Origin: a virus
Lineage: Duplodnaviria; Caudoviricetes
IMG/VR virus record: IMGVR_UViG_2757320360_000002
Coordinates: 1,328-65,327 of that record
DNA length: 64,000 nt
Strand: one strand, 5' to 3'
The notes under the pieces are model-generated. The model searched no databases. It had not been told where the DNA came from and saw only the letters and a list, made by a program, of their open reading frames with translations. Shown here piece by piece: positions 1 to 9,676 of this stretch. Both the position numbers and the translations under genes were made by a program. The stretch's first letter is position 1. Each line of letters starts with the position of its first letter.

Positions 1-1
1 C

Positions 2-919
2 GGGACTCCGGGGCACTCTAAGGATGACAGTCCATTTCGTTACTGGCTGAGAGATAAATGCCTATACGTGACCCCGGATCGAGAAGCTCCATTTAAGAAA
101 TATGATCTTGCATTAAAGAAAATTCAAGCCGGAGACCATGTTTTTGCTTATGAAAAAAAGGTTGGCTTTGTAGCTGTCGGTCGGGTTAACTCACCAAAAA
201 TTTTGCTCACTGACCAGGGCGGAGAGGACCTATACCCAGATCAAAGCAAAATAGTAGTGAGATCGATTTCCGTTGAATGGGATAACTCGACACGTCGAAA
301 TTTAAGCGAAATTAAGGGCTTTATTTTAGTAAAAACCTTGTGTCAATTAAAGGATAACCAGACCATATACAATGATGTGCTCGAACTGTTTCAAGAGTAT
401 GAGAAAAAGCGGCTCATTGCGCAACTGCCAAGCGAACGGCAGCAGATAGAGCGGATCCTTACCAGCCCGAGCTATGACAGCAAGACGCGCGAACAAATAA
501 TACAAGCTCGCGTTGGCCAAGGCGCGTTCCGCCGCGCAGTCTTGCTGAGGGAGCCAATTTGCCGACTAACCAAAATTGGCAATCCTAGCCACTTGGTCGC
601 CAGCCACATCAAGCCTTGGGTGGCCTGCGAACATCAGGAGCATATTGATGGCAACAATGGAATCATGCTTGCGCCGCATATCGACCATTTGTTCGACAGC
701 GGCCAGATTAGCTTCGAGGACAATGGCGGCTTATTGCTGGCAGCAGGACTTGACCGATCCGTGCTACATGCATGGAACATTCCAGAGGTCGCAAACGTTG
801 GTGCATTTTCGGCGGACCAGGCCCAATATTTGGCGTACCATCGGAAAAATGTCTTTGAACGAAAAAGTTCACGCAACTGTCGTAATTTAATCGGGGATTG
901 CGACATTCTGGATTTGTAG
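2..919 (+). CDS. HNH endonuclease with N-terminal PUA/EVE-like domain (5'-truncated by window edge)
   Basis: Frame is open from base 2 (GTPGHSKDDSPFRYWLRDKCLY then the listed GTG at 68); C-terminal ARVGQGAFR..C..LVASHIKPW..NGIMLAPHIDHLFDSGQISF is typical of HNH_2 restriction-type nucleases; AT-richer than neighbours. Confidence 0.8.
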   Translation, partial: GTPGHSKDDSPFRYWLRDKCLYVTPDREAPFKKYDLALKKIQAGDHVFAYEKKVGFVAVGRVNSPKILLTDQGGEDLYPDQSKIVVRSISVEWDNSTRRNLSEIKGFILVKTLCQLKDNQTIYNDVLELFQEYEKKRLIAQLPSERQQIERILTSPSYDSKTREQIIQARVGQGAFRRAVLLREPICRLTKIGNPSHLVASHIKPWVACEHQEHIDGNNGIMLAPHIDHLFDSGQISFEDNGGLLLAAGLDRSVLHAWNIPEVANVGAFSADQAQYLAYHRKNVFERKSSRNCRNLIGDCDILDL

Positions 920-1156
920 GCACCCAGCAATAACCACCTCCAACTCCCCCTCATATTTCCGCCCACGCGGCCAGTCCCGCGCCAGCGCCAGGACGATCTC
1001 TCCGTCCGTCGCCGCTGGCGCCAGCTGGTCGAACTCGTAGACCGGCCGCTGCGGCACCACCTTGACACATGGTGTAAAGACGGGAACTTCGACCCGCTGC
1101 GGCGCCGGCGGCGCGCTGCCGCAGCCGATCAGAACCAATGCAAGCATCCATTTCAT
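887..1156 (-). CDS. o-spanin (Rz1-like lipoprotein)
   Basis: Lipobox LIGC, Pro-rich, last gene of lysis cassette, 4-nt overlap with i-spanin. Confidence 0.8.
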   Translation of the reverse strand: MKWMLALVLIGCGSAPPAPQRVEVPVFTPCVKVVPQRPVYEFDQLAPAATDGEIVLALARDWPRGRKYEGELEVVIAGCLQIQNVAIPD

Positions 1157-1548
1157 CGCACACCCTCCAGCAACAGCCTCACGGCTGGCATAGCCTCGTC
1201 GCAGGTATTGGCGCGCGCTCCAGCGATCTGCGCCAGGGCAGCGTCGTACTTCTTGCCCTTGGCAGCGGCGGCCGCCTGCGCCGCGGTGCCGCGCTCCTGC
1301 GCCGCCAGGGTTGCCTTGGCCATGCCATCGATGGCGCGGTTTTGCTCGCTGATCGACGCGCGCAGCGCAGCGCTGACGCCCTGCTCCCGCACCAGCGCAG
1401 CGCGCGCGGCGTCACGGTCGCCAGCGGCCAGCCACCAGCCCGTGCCGGTGGAGCTGGCCACCAGCATCAGCGCGGCGGCCAGCACGATGGCGGCCACCTT
1501 CCAGATGCAGCTGACGGCGGCGCCCGCCAGCGTGCCAAGGGCGCTCAT
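1153..1548 (-). CDS. i-spanin (Rz-like)
   Basis: ATG at 1548 overlaps endolysin stop (ATGA); N-terminal TM then Ala-rich coiled coil ending in TCDEAMP. Confidence 0.8.
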   Translation of the reverse strand: MSALGTLAGAAVSCIWKVAAIVLAAALMLVASSTGTGWWLAAGDRDAARAALVREQGVSAALRASISEQNRAIDGMAKATLAAQERGTAAQAAAAAKGKKYDAALAQIAGARANTCDEAMPAVRLLLEGVR

Positions 1549-1982
1549 ATGATGCCCGCCACGTAGCTGACACCGGCGCCGGCAAACTTGGCCGTCAACA
1601 CCTGGCGGCGTGGCGCGCCCGTCGACAGCGCGATATGCACCCACGTTCCCTCGTAGATCAGCTGGTCGAAGGCGATATCGCTTTGCCGGATCAGCAGGGC
1701 CAGCGCCTTGGGCGTCAGCTTGGCCGTGCTGATATCGGCAGCCAGGCCAAGCACATGGGCGCTGTTGCTGGCGCCGCCCACGGCCTTGTTGAGCGCGGGC
1801 GAGCGGTAGCCGCTGGAAATAGCGATGGGCGCACCGACCAGCGCGCGCACCTGCTCGAGCAGCGTGGCCAGGCGCGTGAGGTTGGCGACGATGGCGGGCG
1901 CCGGCGCGTTGTCGATGCCCTTGCGGGTGGACACCTGCGAGGCGACCAGTTCGGCCAGGCTGAAATGTGGACTCAGGTTCAC
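1545..1982 (-). CDS. Endolysin, peptidase M15A family
   Basis: SPHFSLAEL..ISSGYRSPALNKAVGGASNSAH..AADI..WVH zinc-peptidase motifs. Confidence 0.9.
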   Translation of the reverse strand: MNLSPHFSLAELVASQVSTRKGIDNAPAPAIVANLTRLATLLEQVRALVGAPIAISSGYRSPALNKAVGGASNSAHVLGLAADISTAKLTPKALALLIRQSDIAFDQLIYEGTWVHIALSTGAPRRQVLTAKFAGAGVSYVAGII

Positions 1983-2407
1983 AGGCCACCCCGCACGTCC
2001 TTGACGACGGCGGCCGCATCGCGCGCCAGCTCGCCGATGTCCTTGTCGCGGCGCTTGTCAAACCAGCGCACCGTGGCGCCCAGCACCCACCAGGCAGGCA
2101 AGCCGGCTGCCACCATCAGCGGCGCGGCAATGAACAGGAAGCCCAGGGCCGGATCGCTGCCGTACAGCACGGCGACGGCGCGCGCGCTGTCGAACAGGCC
2201 CGGCATCCAGTTGCGCACGACCACGACCAGGGCCGGGCCCATCAGGGCGGAGAAGAGAATGGTGACGAAGAAGCGCACGCCCGCTTCCTTGGCAGTTTTT
2301 GGCCACATGAACATGAATCCCAGTGAGGTTGCGGCAGCGCCGGCCAGGACCGGAATGCCAAAAATTTTAATCAGTGCGCCGCCAGCGGCGGTTGTTTCGA
2401 TGGCCAT
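1979..2407 (-). CDS. Holin-like membrane protein
   Basis: Three hydrophobic segments, charged C-terminus, directly upstream of endolysin. Confidence 0.75.
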   Translation of the reverse strand: MAIETTAAGGALIKIFGIPVLAGAAATSLGFMFMWPKTAKEAGVRFFVTILFSALMGPALVVVVRNWMPGLFDSARAVAVLYGSDPALGFLFIAAPLMVAAGLPAWWVLGATVRWFDKRRDKDIGELARDAAAVVKDVRGGL

Positions 2408-2430
2408 GAATGCCTTTCAGGTGGTGGAAA

Positions 2431-2455
2431 TAAAAAAACCCGCCGAAGCGGGTTT
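2431..2455 (-). terminator. Intrinsic terminator between tail and lysis genes
   Basis: AAACCCGC-cgaa-GCGGGTTT hairpin with adjacent A tract (U tract on minus strand). Confidence 0.75.
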
Positions 2456-2479
2456 GTGGTGATGCAAGCGGTACAGGGG

Positions 2480-4495
2480 TTAAATCTCCTCGATCTCCAG
2501 CGGCATAGCGTAGTTTTCGTAGTACGGAATGCTCATCGCCGAGACCGACGACAGCTTGCCGAAGATGGTGTGGTCACGTGCCAGCTCCAGGTCGGCCGAT
2601 TCCGGGAACAGGCTGACCAGCATGGCGCCGGACATGCCATTGCGACGCACGATGCCGAACAGCGCCGTGCGGTCGGCCGCCGGCAGTGTGCTCAACTGCA
2701 GGGGCATCTTGCGCGAACGCGGGCCAGCGTCGGTCCACAAGTCGCCAGCGCCGGTGCGGGTATGCGTGCTGGCGTCCATGGGCGTCACGGACGCGCCATA
2801 GTCCGGGTTATTGGTGGGCGACCAGTAAGCACCCGTCACCAGGCGACAGGCCTCGACATACCCTTGCAGGTTGGCCGGGTCCTTGATGTCAATCGCCAGG
2901 CCCAGCGCCGGCATCTGTGCCGACAGCCAGTGACGCGCATAGGCACCACCACCATTGCTGTAAGCGCTGGCCGCCTGCAGGGGCGTGAAACCGTCGACCG
3001 CTGCTGCTGCGGCCGGACATGCCGGCAGCATGCCGCTGTCGTAGCTGTAGCTCTGCCAGGCGTCGATGTAGCCAGCCGGGCGCACGCCTGGCGCGGAGGG
3101 GGCGACGTCGGCTGCGCGCGTCACGGCGGCGGTCGTGGTCGGAATATATGAATCCGCATACAGCCCTACCTGGACCTGCCCGCAGGCGCACCATAAAGAA
3201 TCGCCGACGAAGATGCCCTGCAGCCCAAAATAATGCACTGCGGTGGTGGCGGCCGTGTACGTGACGCTGTAGCGCGCCATCGGCGAATTGGCAGGAATTG
3301 TCGAGAACGCCAATACGGAACCGGAAGCGGGCCAAACCCCCAAGCTGCGCGGCGCCGTTCCAGCGGCGACCCACATGCTGAACGTGTAGGTGACGCCAGC
3401 TGTCAGGGAAATGCCTTGGCCAATGCCGGAGCCGCCGGAAGTCGGGCTGACCTTGTATGTCGGCGTGCCGTCTGGCGCAAGCACGGCGGGATCGGCCGCC
3501 ACGGTAGCCGCACCACCCCAGCGCATGTTCCAGTTCGCGCTGGCGATATTGCCAGACTGCAGGGCAAGGTTCGTCGCGGCCGGCTCCAGCAGCAACTTCG
3601 GTGGAGCAGACAGATTTGCTGGGTTGTACTGCATCCTGGCCACGTTCGCTGCCGCCGTTTGCAGCAGGCCATTACTACCAAAGAAAGTACCGATGGAGGC
3701 ACGCGACGTGAAGGTATCCAGCGAGGGGTAATAACTGCTCAACGCCGACCCCTCCACCACGCTCAATCCCCAGTATTTGGTGCTCAAGCCGCCGTTGGAC
3801 AAATCCGGGTAATTCAAGACCGCCAATCCCGCAAATTCGCGGCTGTTCACCACGCCAGCCAGCCGATATACGCCAGGAACGGAGGTTGCCGACAACGTCG
3901 GCGCCATCACCCATCCAGCGCCGCCATTTCGAATGGCCGGCACACCGTTCGCCCAGTCAATGATCGCTGACGCCGTGTTCAGGGAAATCGCCGGGTCGTA
4001 AATGCTGAAACGAGATCCTGTCGCGCTGCCGGCCTTGATGAAGAGCGACACGACATAATTGGTAAAAGTCGCGCCCGCGATAACTTTCTGGCAATACGAT
4101 GTCGTGCCCGGAGTCGATTTCAAGGTGCTCATGGTCAAGGAACCATCTGGCGCGACATCCGTATTGGGCAACACAACAGTCGGCCCAGGCCTGCTGTAGC
4201 CTGGTGCCCAAAAATCGGATGAATAGGTGTTCAGGTTCGTTGCCGCCGACTCATTCGACACGCGCACGCGCATCGTCGCCGTCGGCGACAGGTTGCAGAA
4301 CGGTAGGAACACCCCGCCAATGCGCTCGGGCACGGCCCAGGTAGCGCCCAGGCGCGCCGTGGTACCGGTAGCGCGCCAAGGACGGCCCTTGCGGTTGTTT
4401 TGCAGGTTGGCCACGCCCAGCGTACCGGCCGTGGTGCTGGCCGTCAGCGCAGCACGGTCGGCGGCGTTGTCGTAGATAATGCGAAGATTGGTCAT
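2480..4495 (-). CDS. Distal-tail-like protein with about 400-aa inserted carbohydrate-binding-type modules
   Basis: N- and C-terminal parts resemble small tail-tip proteins; middle holds two AATNL..APDG beta-sandwich-like repeats; lies in tail-tip cluster. Confidence 0.65.
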   Translation of the reverse strand: MTNLRIIYDNAADRAALTASTTAGTLGVANLQNNRKGRPWRATGTTARLGATWAVPERIGGVFLPFCNLSPTATMRVRVSNESAATNLNTYSSDFWAPGYSRPGPTVVLPNTDVAPDGSLTMSTLKSTPGTTSYCQKVIAGATFTNYVVSLFIKAGSATGSRFSIYDPAISLNTASAIIDWANGVPAIRNGGAGWVMAPTLSATSVPGVYRLAGVVNSREFAGLAVLNYPDLSNGGLSTKYWGLSVVEGSALSSYYPSLDTFTSRASIGTFFGSNGLLQTAAANVARMQYNPANLSAPPKLLLEPAATNLALQSGNIASANWNMRWGGAATVAADPAVLAPDGTPTYKVSPTSGGSGIGQGISLTAGVTYTFSMWVAAGTAPRSLGVWPASGSVLAFSTIPANSPMARYSVTYTAATTAVHYFGLQGIFVGDSLWCACGQVQVGLYADSYIPTTTAAVTRAADVAPSAPGVRPAGYIDAWQSYSYDSGMLPACPAAAAAVDGFTPLQAASAYSNGGGAYARHWLSAQMPALGLAIDIKDPANLQGYVEACRLVTGAYWSPTNNPDYGASVTPMDASTHTRTGAGDLWTDAGPRSRKMPLQLSTLPAADRTALFGIVRRNGMSGAMLVSLFPESADLELARDHTIFGKLSSVSAMSIPYYENYAMPLEIEEI

Positions 4496-5067
4496 ACAGT
4501 ACCTTCAGTGAGGTCTGGTAGTTGAGAAGCCGCTGCAACCACCATGCGCACATCGGCTGCCGACGTAGCAGCCACAATAGCTGCCTTGAGCTCACGGCAG
4601 CGAGCATGATGGTGCGCCACAAATCGAGCTTTCGCCTCGATCATTGCCGCCTCCAATTCGATCACCTGCGGTGCCGTCAGCAGTAAATCCGTATTGTCGA
4701 ACACACGCCACACAGCGCCATCTGGCATCAGTCCCAATGCTGCGCTGCGTGCAGCCAGCTTGATGGCCGCTTCGGCGCGCAAGTCACCGTCGTACAGCAC
4801 GCCGCCGTAAGAGAAGCGGTCGAACCCTGCGAGGCGCCTGTCGCGTTTGGCATTGGCATCCGCGATGGCGCCTGCCTGCACGTCGACCAGCAGCACCTCA
4901 GGCGGATACGACACCAGTGCGCCATCGATCATTCGCAGGCGCGGGCACACCAACTCACCAGGCAGAAGCTGATGTAACGTCAGGCCTTCCACTGCGGGGG
5001 GGCAGTCGCCGGCCGCCCATTGCTGCACGTAACCGGCTTTATCGAGGTATGCGTATTTCAAACTCAT
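4492..5067 (-). CDS. DUF4376-like tail fibre assembly protein
   Basis: NAKRDRRL..FSYGGVLYDGD..WRVFDN..LTAPQV pattern; follows tail fibre. Confidence 0.65.
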   Translation of the reverse strand: MSLKYAYLDKAGYVQQWAAGDCPPAVEGLTLHQLLPGELVCPRLRMIDGALVSYPPEVLLVDVQAGAIADANAKRDRRLAGFDRFSYGGVLYDGDLRAEAAIKLAARSAALGLMPDGAVWRVFDNTDLLLTAPQVIELEAAMIEAKARFVAHHHARCRELKAAIVAATSAADVRMVVAAASQLPDLTEGTV

Positions 5068-8000
5068 GCTGTTGGGTTCTTTATGTTGGTGCTGATTTGC
5101 AGGGATGCATCGGTGCCGCTGGTACTGCTGCCCGTCCGGGTGGCGAGGGCTTTGAAATAGGCGCCAGACCCTGTGCGGGACGCATCAGCAGGAACGGAAA
5201 CAGTCACCTGCTCAACGAACGGTAGTATCTCGTCCTCCCAGACGCCACTGCCGAGGCCTCGCGCAGACGCCGTCCAGGATTTTATGAGCGTCGTTTCGCT
5301 GCCTGCGGCGCTACCCCAGTACAGTGAAATGGTAACGCTGGAGCCTGATGCGGCCGCCGTAGTCACCTGCCCATCGAGCTGCACGGTGACCTTGTGCGCC
5401 GCAGCAATGCCGGTAGCACTGCCCAGCGTTACTAATACGACGGGATAGCTCGTCATGTCGCTTTGCCCATACACCGGGCCCGTCGGGCGCCCTGTGATCG
5501 ACAGAGCACTAAACTCAGCGGTGCCATCAGCGTTGATCATCCAGCCGTAGCTGCCCGGGTTGTATGTCTGCGAGCGGATCACGGTGCCGATAAGCGCCAT
5601 GTCCGTGGCCAGATTCTCGGCCGTGACGTTGCGGCCGGACAGCGCACCTCGGAATGTGCCGCTGTTCGCGTAAAAATTCCCGTTCCTGTCCAGCAACCAT
5701 CCCGTCGTGCTGCCGTTCCAATTGCTGCTGTAAATGTCGCCGCCGATCTGCGCATTCACGATAGCGGCATTGGCGATGTAGGTCGGAGAATTGCTCGGCG
5801 TGATCTGGCCATAGATGTTATCTCCAAAGCCGGCTCCTGGGCCATCCGCCCAGGCTGAGGGCACAGTCTGCGCGGACAGCGCCACGCCGAAGTACCAGAG
5901 AGACGTGAAAAGGTAAGCGTTCGTGCCTCCATTGCCAAAAAGCACGGCGCGCACGGCAGCGTAAGCAGCGCCGGCCGGGGCGGTGGCGAACACTACGGAT
6001 CTAGGCCACGCGCTCAAGGGGCCGGTAGACAGGGAATTATCTACGTTATTCCCGGTAAATTCCGCGATGTAGGCCCCGCTCGCAGTATAGAAGGCAAGGT
6101 TTACAGCCCCCTTGCAGCGATGCGAGCTCACGTACGCGGTAAGCTCGTAGCGCACGCCAGCAGTCACTGGAAATTTTCGGAAGCCAGACCCCTGTTTGGC
6201 GGCTAGAGTAGCGACAGACCCCGCTGGGACGACTCCAGAACACTGTATGAAGACCCCACCCGCGCCGGTAGGAACGTAAGCTGTGTCGCTCGCCCCGAAG
6301 GTAGTCGTACCTGGGGAATACGTTTGTACCAGGCCAAAGCCTCCAACGGTCCCTGGATAGGGGCCAGAATTGCTGATCAAATTCCCTGCACCAATGCCGG
6401 CGTTCAAATAGTCCGCCGTCAGGGGCGCGCCGGCGCCGAGGATAACATTGCCCTCAGGGTCCTTGATAACCAGCCCGCGCGCGTCAATTTTAGCTGCCGT
6501 AACGGACTCCGCCCCGAGTGCTTGGGTGGCGATGCTGCCCTGCACCAGCAGGTGGCCGTCGATGTAGGTGCCCAAAACATACCAGGAGCCGCCCTGATAA
6601 TACTTCGTCACCGCATGCGTGGCGTCGTGCAAGGTCACCACGTCGCGGTTAATCGGCGCACCGTAGCCTGCATGACCCAGTTCATACACGGCCGAGTCAT
6701 CCGACCAGGTGGAATAGCCGGGCGCCGTCACCGTCACGGTGCCGCGCTGGCCGGTGGCGCCATCGGCCGCCAGGCGCGCGGCCGCCGACCATTCACTGGC
6801 CAGAATGTCATCGGTGGCGCCGCGCGACGCGGCCGTGGCGCCCGATGTGAACAGGTATGCACCGCCCGCCGTCGGCACCTGCGTCGACCAGCCGTTGTTA
6901 AGGCCTGTCAGCGCGCCCGTGGCAAAGGTGAATGTGCATGCCGCGCTCGGCAGCTCCGGCGCCACATTGGCGGCGGCACGCTGATAGATACGCACGGGCG
7001 CCACATTCAGGCCATCCAGACCAGCTGCACCGTCGGCTGCCATGCGTGTCGCCGCAGCCCATTCTGCCGCTGGGATGTCATCCGTAGCGGCAATTGACGC
7101 GGCCGTGGAGCCCGACGTGAAGAGGTAGGCGCCGCCCGCCGTCGGCACCTGCGTCGACCAGCCGTTGTTAAGGCCTGTCAGCGCGCCCGTGGCAAAGGTG
7201 AATGTGCATGCCGCGCTCGGCAGCTCCGGCGCCACATTGGCGGCGGCACGCTGATAGATACGCACGGGCGCCACGTTCACACCGTTCTGTCCAGGCAGGC
7301 CATCCTGGGTCAGCAGCACGGCAGCCGTCCATTCGTTGGCGGCAATGCCATCCGTGGCGCTGCGCGAACTGGCCGCTGCTACGCGCACGTACAGCGGTGC
7401 CGTGCCGGCCGGGATGGTCTTGGTCCAGCCATTGGCCAGGTCGTTGTCGACCGGCGTGGTGATGGCTGCACTGGAGAACGTGTAGACCACATCGCCGGGC
7501 GAGTCGACAGGCGCGGATGCCGCCCGCTTATAAGCGAAGGCCTGTGCCGTGTTCGTGCCATCAGCACCGGTGGCGCCGTCCCTGACCAGCAGCACGGCCG
7601 ACGACCATTCGTTGGCGACAATATTGTCCGTGGCATTGCGCGAGCTGGCAGCGGCCACGCGCACGTACAAGGGAGCCGAACCAGCCGGGATATTCTTTGA
7701 CCAGCCATTCGCTAGGTCGTTGCCGGCAGGCGTCGTGATGCTGCCCGTGGCAAAAGTAAAGATCACGTCACCCGGCGAATCAGTAGGGGCGGCCGCCGCG
7801 CGCTTGTAGGCGAAGGCCTGGCCCGTGTTCAAGCCGGCCAGGCCGGTGTCACCCCTGGCGCCGTCGAAGACCTTACTGATGATGTAATTGGCAATATAGT
7901 CGACGCCGAATTCGCGGATGCGCGCCTGCACCAAGGCCGTATCCGTGGTCATGCTGGCAAAGTCAACGGTGGCCACGTTGCCGTCGACTGCGATCTGCGT

Positions 8001-8210
8001 GCCGGCGGATACCGAAAACACGATATCGCCCACCACGTTCACGGGCTTGGCCGTGATGGCAATCGAGCCGGGCGCGCCGGCGCCGGCGCTGTTCACGCGA
8101 AACACGGGCGTGGCGGCGGACATCAGGAGGGCCTTGCCGTCGGCGGTGGTGCTGAAACGCTCGGCCGACGCCTGCAGGCGCTTGTCACGCGTACCTACGA
8201 TGGCGCTCAT
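5064..8210 (-). CDS. Tail fibre / host-specificity protein with four about 90-aa repeats
   Basis: ATG at 8210 overlaps upstream stop; repeats separated by collagen-like G-X-X linkers; AT-richer C-terminal module. Confidence 0.8.
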   Translation of the reverse strand: MSAIVGTRDKRLQASAERFSTTADGKALLMSAATPVFRVNSAGAGAPGSIAITAKPVNVVGDIVFSVSAGTQIAVDGNVATVDFASMTTDTALVQARIREFGVDYIANYIISKVFDGARGDTGLAGLNTGQAFAYKRAAAAPTDSPGDVIFTFATGSITTPAGNDLANGWSKNIPAGSAPLYVRVAAASSRNATDNIVANEWSSAVLLVRDGATGADGTNTAQAFAYKRAASAPVDSPGDVVYTFSSAAITTPVDNDLANGWTKTIPAGTAPLYVRVAAASSRSATDGIAANEWTAAVLLTQDGLPGQNGVNVAPVRIYQRAAANVAPELPSAACTFTFATGALTGLNNGWSTQVPTAGGAYLFTSGSTAASIAATDDIPAAEWAAATRMAADGAAGLDGLNVAPVRIYQRAAANVAPELPSAACTFTFATGALTGLNNGWSTQVPTAGGAYLFTSGATAASRGATDDILASEWSAAARLAADGATGQRGTVTVTAPGYSTWSDDSAVYELGHAGYGAPINRDVVTLHDATHAVTKYYQGGSWYVLGTYIDGHLLVQGSIATQALGAESVTAAKIDARGLVIKDPEGNVILGAGAPLTADYLNAGIGAGNLISNSGPYPGTVGGFGLVQTYSPGTTTFGASDTAYVPTGAGGVFIQCSGVVPAGSVATLAAKQGSGFRKFPVTAGVRYELTAYVSSHRCKGAVNLAFYTASGAYIAEFTGNNVDNSLSTGPLSAWPRSVVFATAPAGAAYAAVRAVLFGNGGTNAYLFTSLWYFGVALSAQTVPSAWADGPGAGFGDNIYGQITPSNSPTYIANAAIVNAQIGGDIYSSNWNGSTTGWLLDRNGNFYANSGTFRGALSGRNVTAENLATDMALIGTVIRSQTYNPGSYGWMINADGTAEFSALSITGRPTGPVYGQSDMTSYPVVLVTLGSATGIAAAHKVTVQLDGQVTTAAASGSSVTISLYWGSAAGSETTLIKSWTASARGLGSGVWEDEILPFVEQVTVSVPADASRTGSGAYFKALATRTGSSTSGTDASLQISTNIKNPTA
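6862..7274. repeat. 143-bp perfect direct repeat (6862-7004 and 7132-7274), 270-bp period
   Basis: Base-by-base identity read from sequence; encodes NVAPVRIYQRAAANVAPELPSAACTFTFATGALTGLNNGWSTQVPTAGG twice. Confidence 0.95.
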
Positions 8211-9676
8211 ACCAGCACTCCCACCGTCACACGGCAATCGAGCCACCGGCGCGAAAGCAGCACCACCACACCAGGCACGCCGTCCTGCAGGCCGTAGCGC
8301 CGATGGCGCAGCACGACAGCTTGTCCCAGTTCCAGCATCATCATCTCGGGCACCCCTTCAAATTCGTAAGTGGTGCGCTGCACCTTGTTCAGCGCCAGGC
8401 GCCGAGCCGCTTCCGCCGCCGCATCCGACTCTTGCTTGAGGCAGGTTTCGATCTGCGGCGGGTCATCGGTCAGGCGGTAGCGCGCGCGCACCGCCTCGTC
8501 GACCGCCGTGACCGTCATCCATTCCGTCGCGTACATATCGGCATGCTCGGCCGGGATGCTGGTAGTCAGGCTGGGCTGCAGCGTGTAGTTCCGGTCGTAG
8601 GCGATCTTGACGGCCGCCACCACAGGCAAGCGCGCGACCTGCCGAAGCGAACCTTCGATCATCTGCGCAGGGCCGATTTCCACCGGAATGCCGGCAGCCG
8701 GTAATGCGATCTGAACCAGGCGCAACTGGCCGGTGCTCGACATGACCGCCTGCGCGCCGACACTCGCCGCCAGCTGCTGGATGGCCTGCGCCTGGTTCAT
8801 CCGATCCGCCACATACAGACCCACCGGCTGCTGGTGGGCAGCATCGAACGCTGCCAGGTTGGCCAGGTCCAGGTCGGCCAGCGTGAAGCGGTCGGCCGCC
8901 TTGCCGTAGGCGGTGGCAATGCGCTGCACCAGCGGCGCGATGCGCGGCACGTAGCCTCCGCCCTTGTCGCCTTGGACGCTGACCGTGATCGCTGCCGAAT
9001 AGGGTGGCGTGGTCAGATTGAAGCGCCCGGCCTGATCATTGAGTGCCACGGCAATCGGCTTGCCGTTGGTGCGCACCTCGAAACTCGACTCGACAGCGCC
9101 GAGAAAGCCGTATTCCAGCGTGGCCGGGTTCGTCAGCAAGGGCGTGACGTTGTGGCACTCACCAAACGGCACTGGCAAGGTCACGTCCTTGTTGGGCGTG
9201 GTGCCACCCAGCTTGGCCTCGGTGATCGGCGTGTCCAGGCGCCCCATCTTGTCGCGCAGCGCCAGATTGATCGATTCGGGGCCGGCACTGCTGACATCGG
9301 CGACCAGGCCGTCGAAGCGTAGTTGGAATTCTCCGCGCGCCCAGCGCACGTCACCGAACCAGACCTTGATCGGCTGATTGCGCCAGACGTCGGCCAGCCA
9401 GCTGTCGAGCGAACCGTCCGTATTGGCCAGCTCGATATCGCCGCCCGACAGCCCCGCCTCGCTCGTCAGGCTGATCTGTTCTGTAAAGGCCAGACCGTCC
9501 GTGACCAGCGCCAGATACGCCGTGTTGGGCGGCACATCCAGCGGACCGGTGACATACGAACGGGAGGCAATGTACCGCGTCACCTCCTCGCCTGCTACGT
9601 TCACCTGTACCTCGACCAGGGCCGTGCGATGGGCTGTATCGTCCTGCAGCCATTCTAAAAATTGCGCATCGGTCAC
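8207..9676 (-). CDS. Tail tip / baseplate hub protein
   Basis: GTG at 9676 overlaps TMP stop (GTGA); lies between TMP and fibre. Confidence 0.7.
   Translation of the reverse strand: MTDAQFLEWLQDDTAHRTALVEVQVNVAGEEVTRYIASRSYVTGPLDVPPNTAYLALVTDGLAFTEQISLTSEAGLSGGDIELANTDGSLDSWLADVWRNQPIKVWFGDVRWARGEFQLRFDGLVADVSSAGPESINLALRDKMGRLDTPITEAKLGGTTPNKDVTLPVPFGECHNVTPLLTNPATLEYGFLGAVESSFEVRTNGKPIAVALNDQAGRFNLTTPPYSAAITVSVQGDKGGGYVPRIAPLVQRIATAYGKAADRFTLADLDLANLAAFDAAHQQPVGLYVADRMNQAQAIQQLAASVGAQAVMSSTGQLRLVQIALPAAGIPVEIGPAQMIEGSLRQVARLPVVAAVKIAYDRNYTLQPSLTTSIPAEHADMYATEWMTVTAVDEAVRARYRLTDDPPQIETCLKQESDAAAEAARRLALNKVQRTTYEFEGVPEMMMLELGQAVVLRHRRYGLQDGVPGVVVLLSRRWLDCRVTVGVLV

Noticed and set aside
6862-7274. 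Tail-fibre repeat as a DGR template/variable repeat
   Set aside because: The copies are identical rather than adenine-mutated, both are in-frame coding, and no reverse transcriptase is present.
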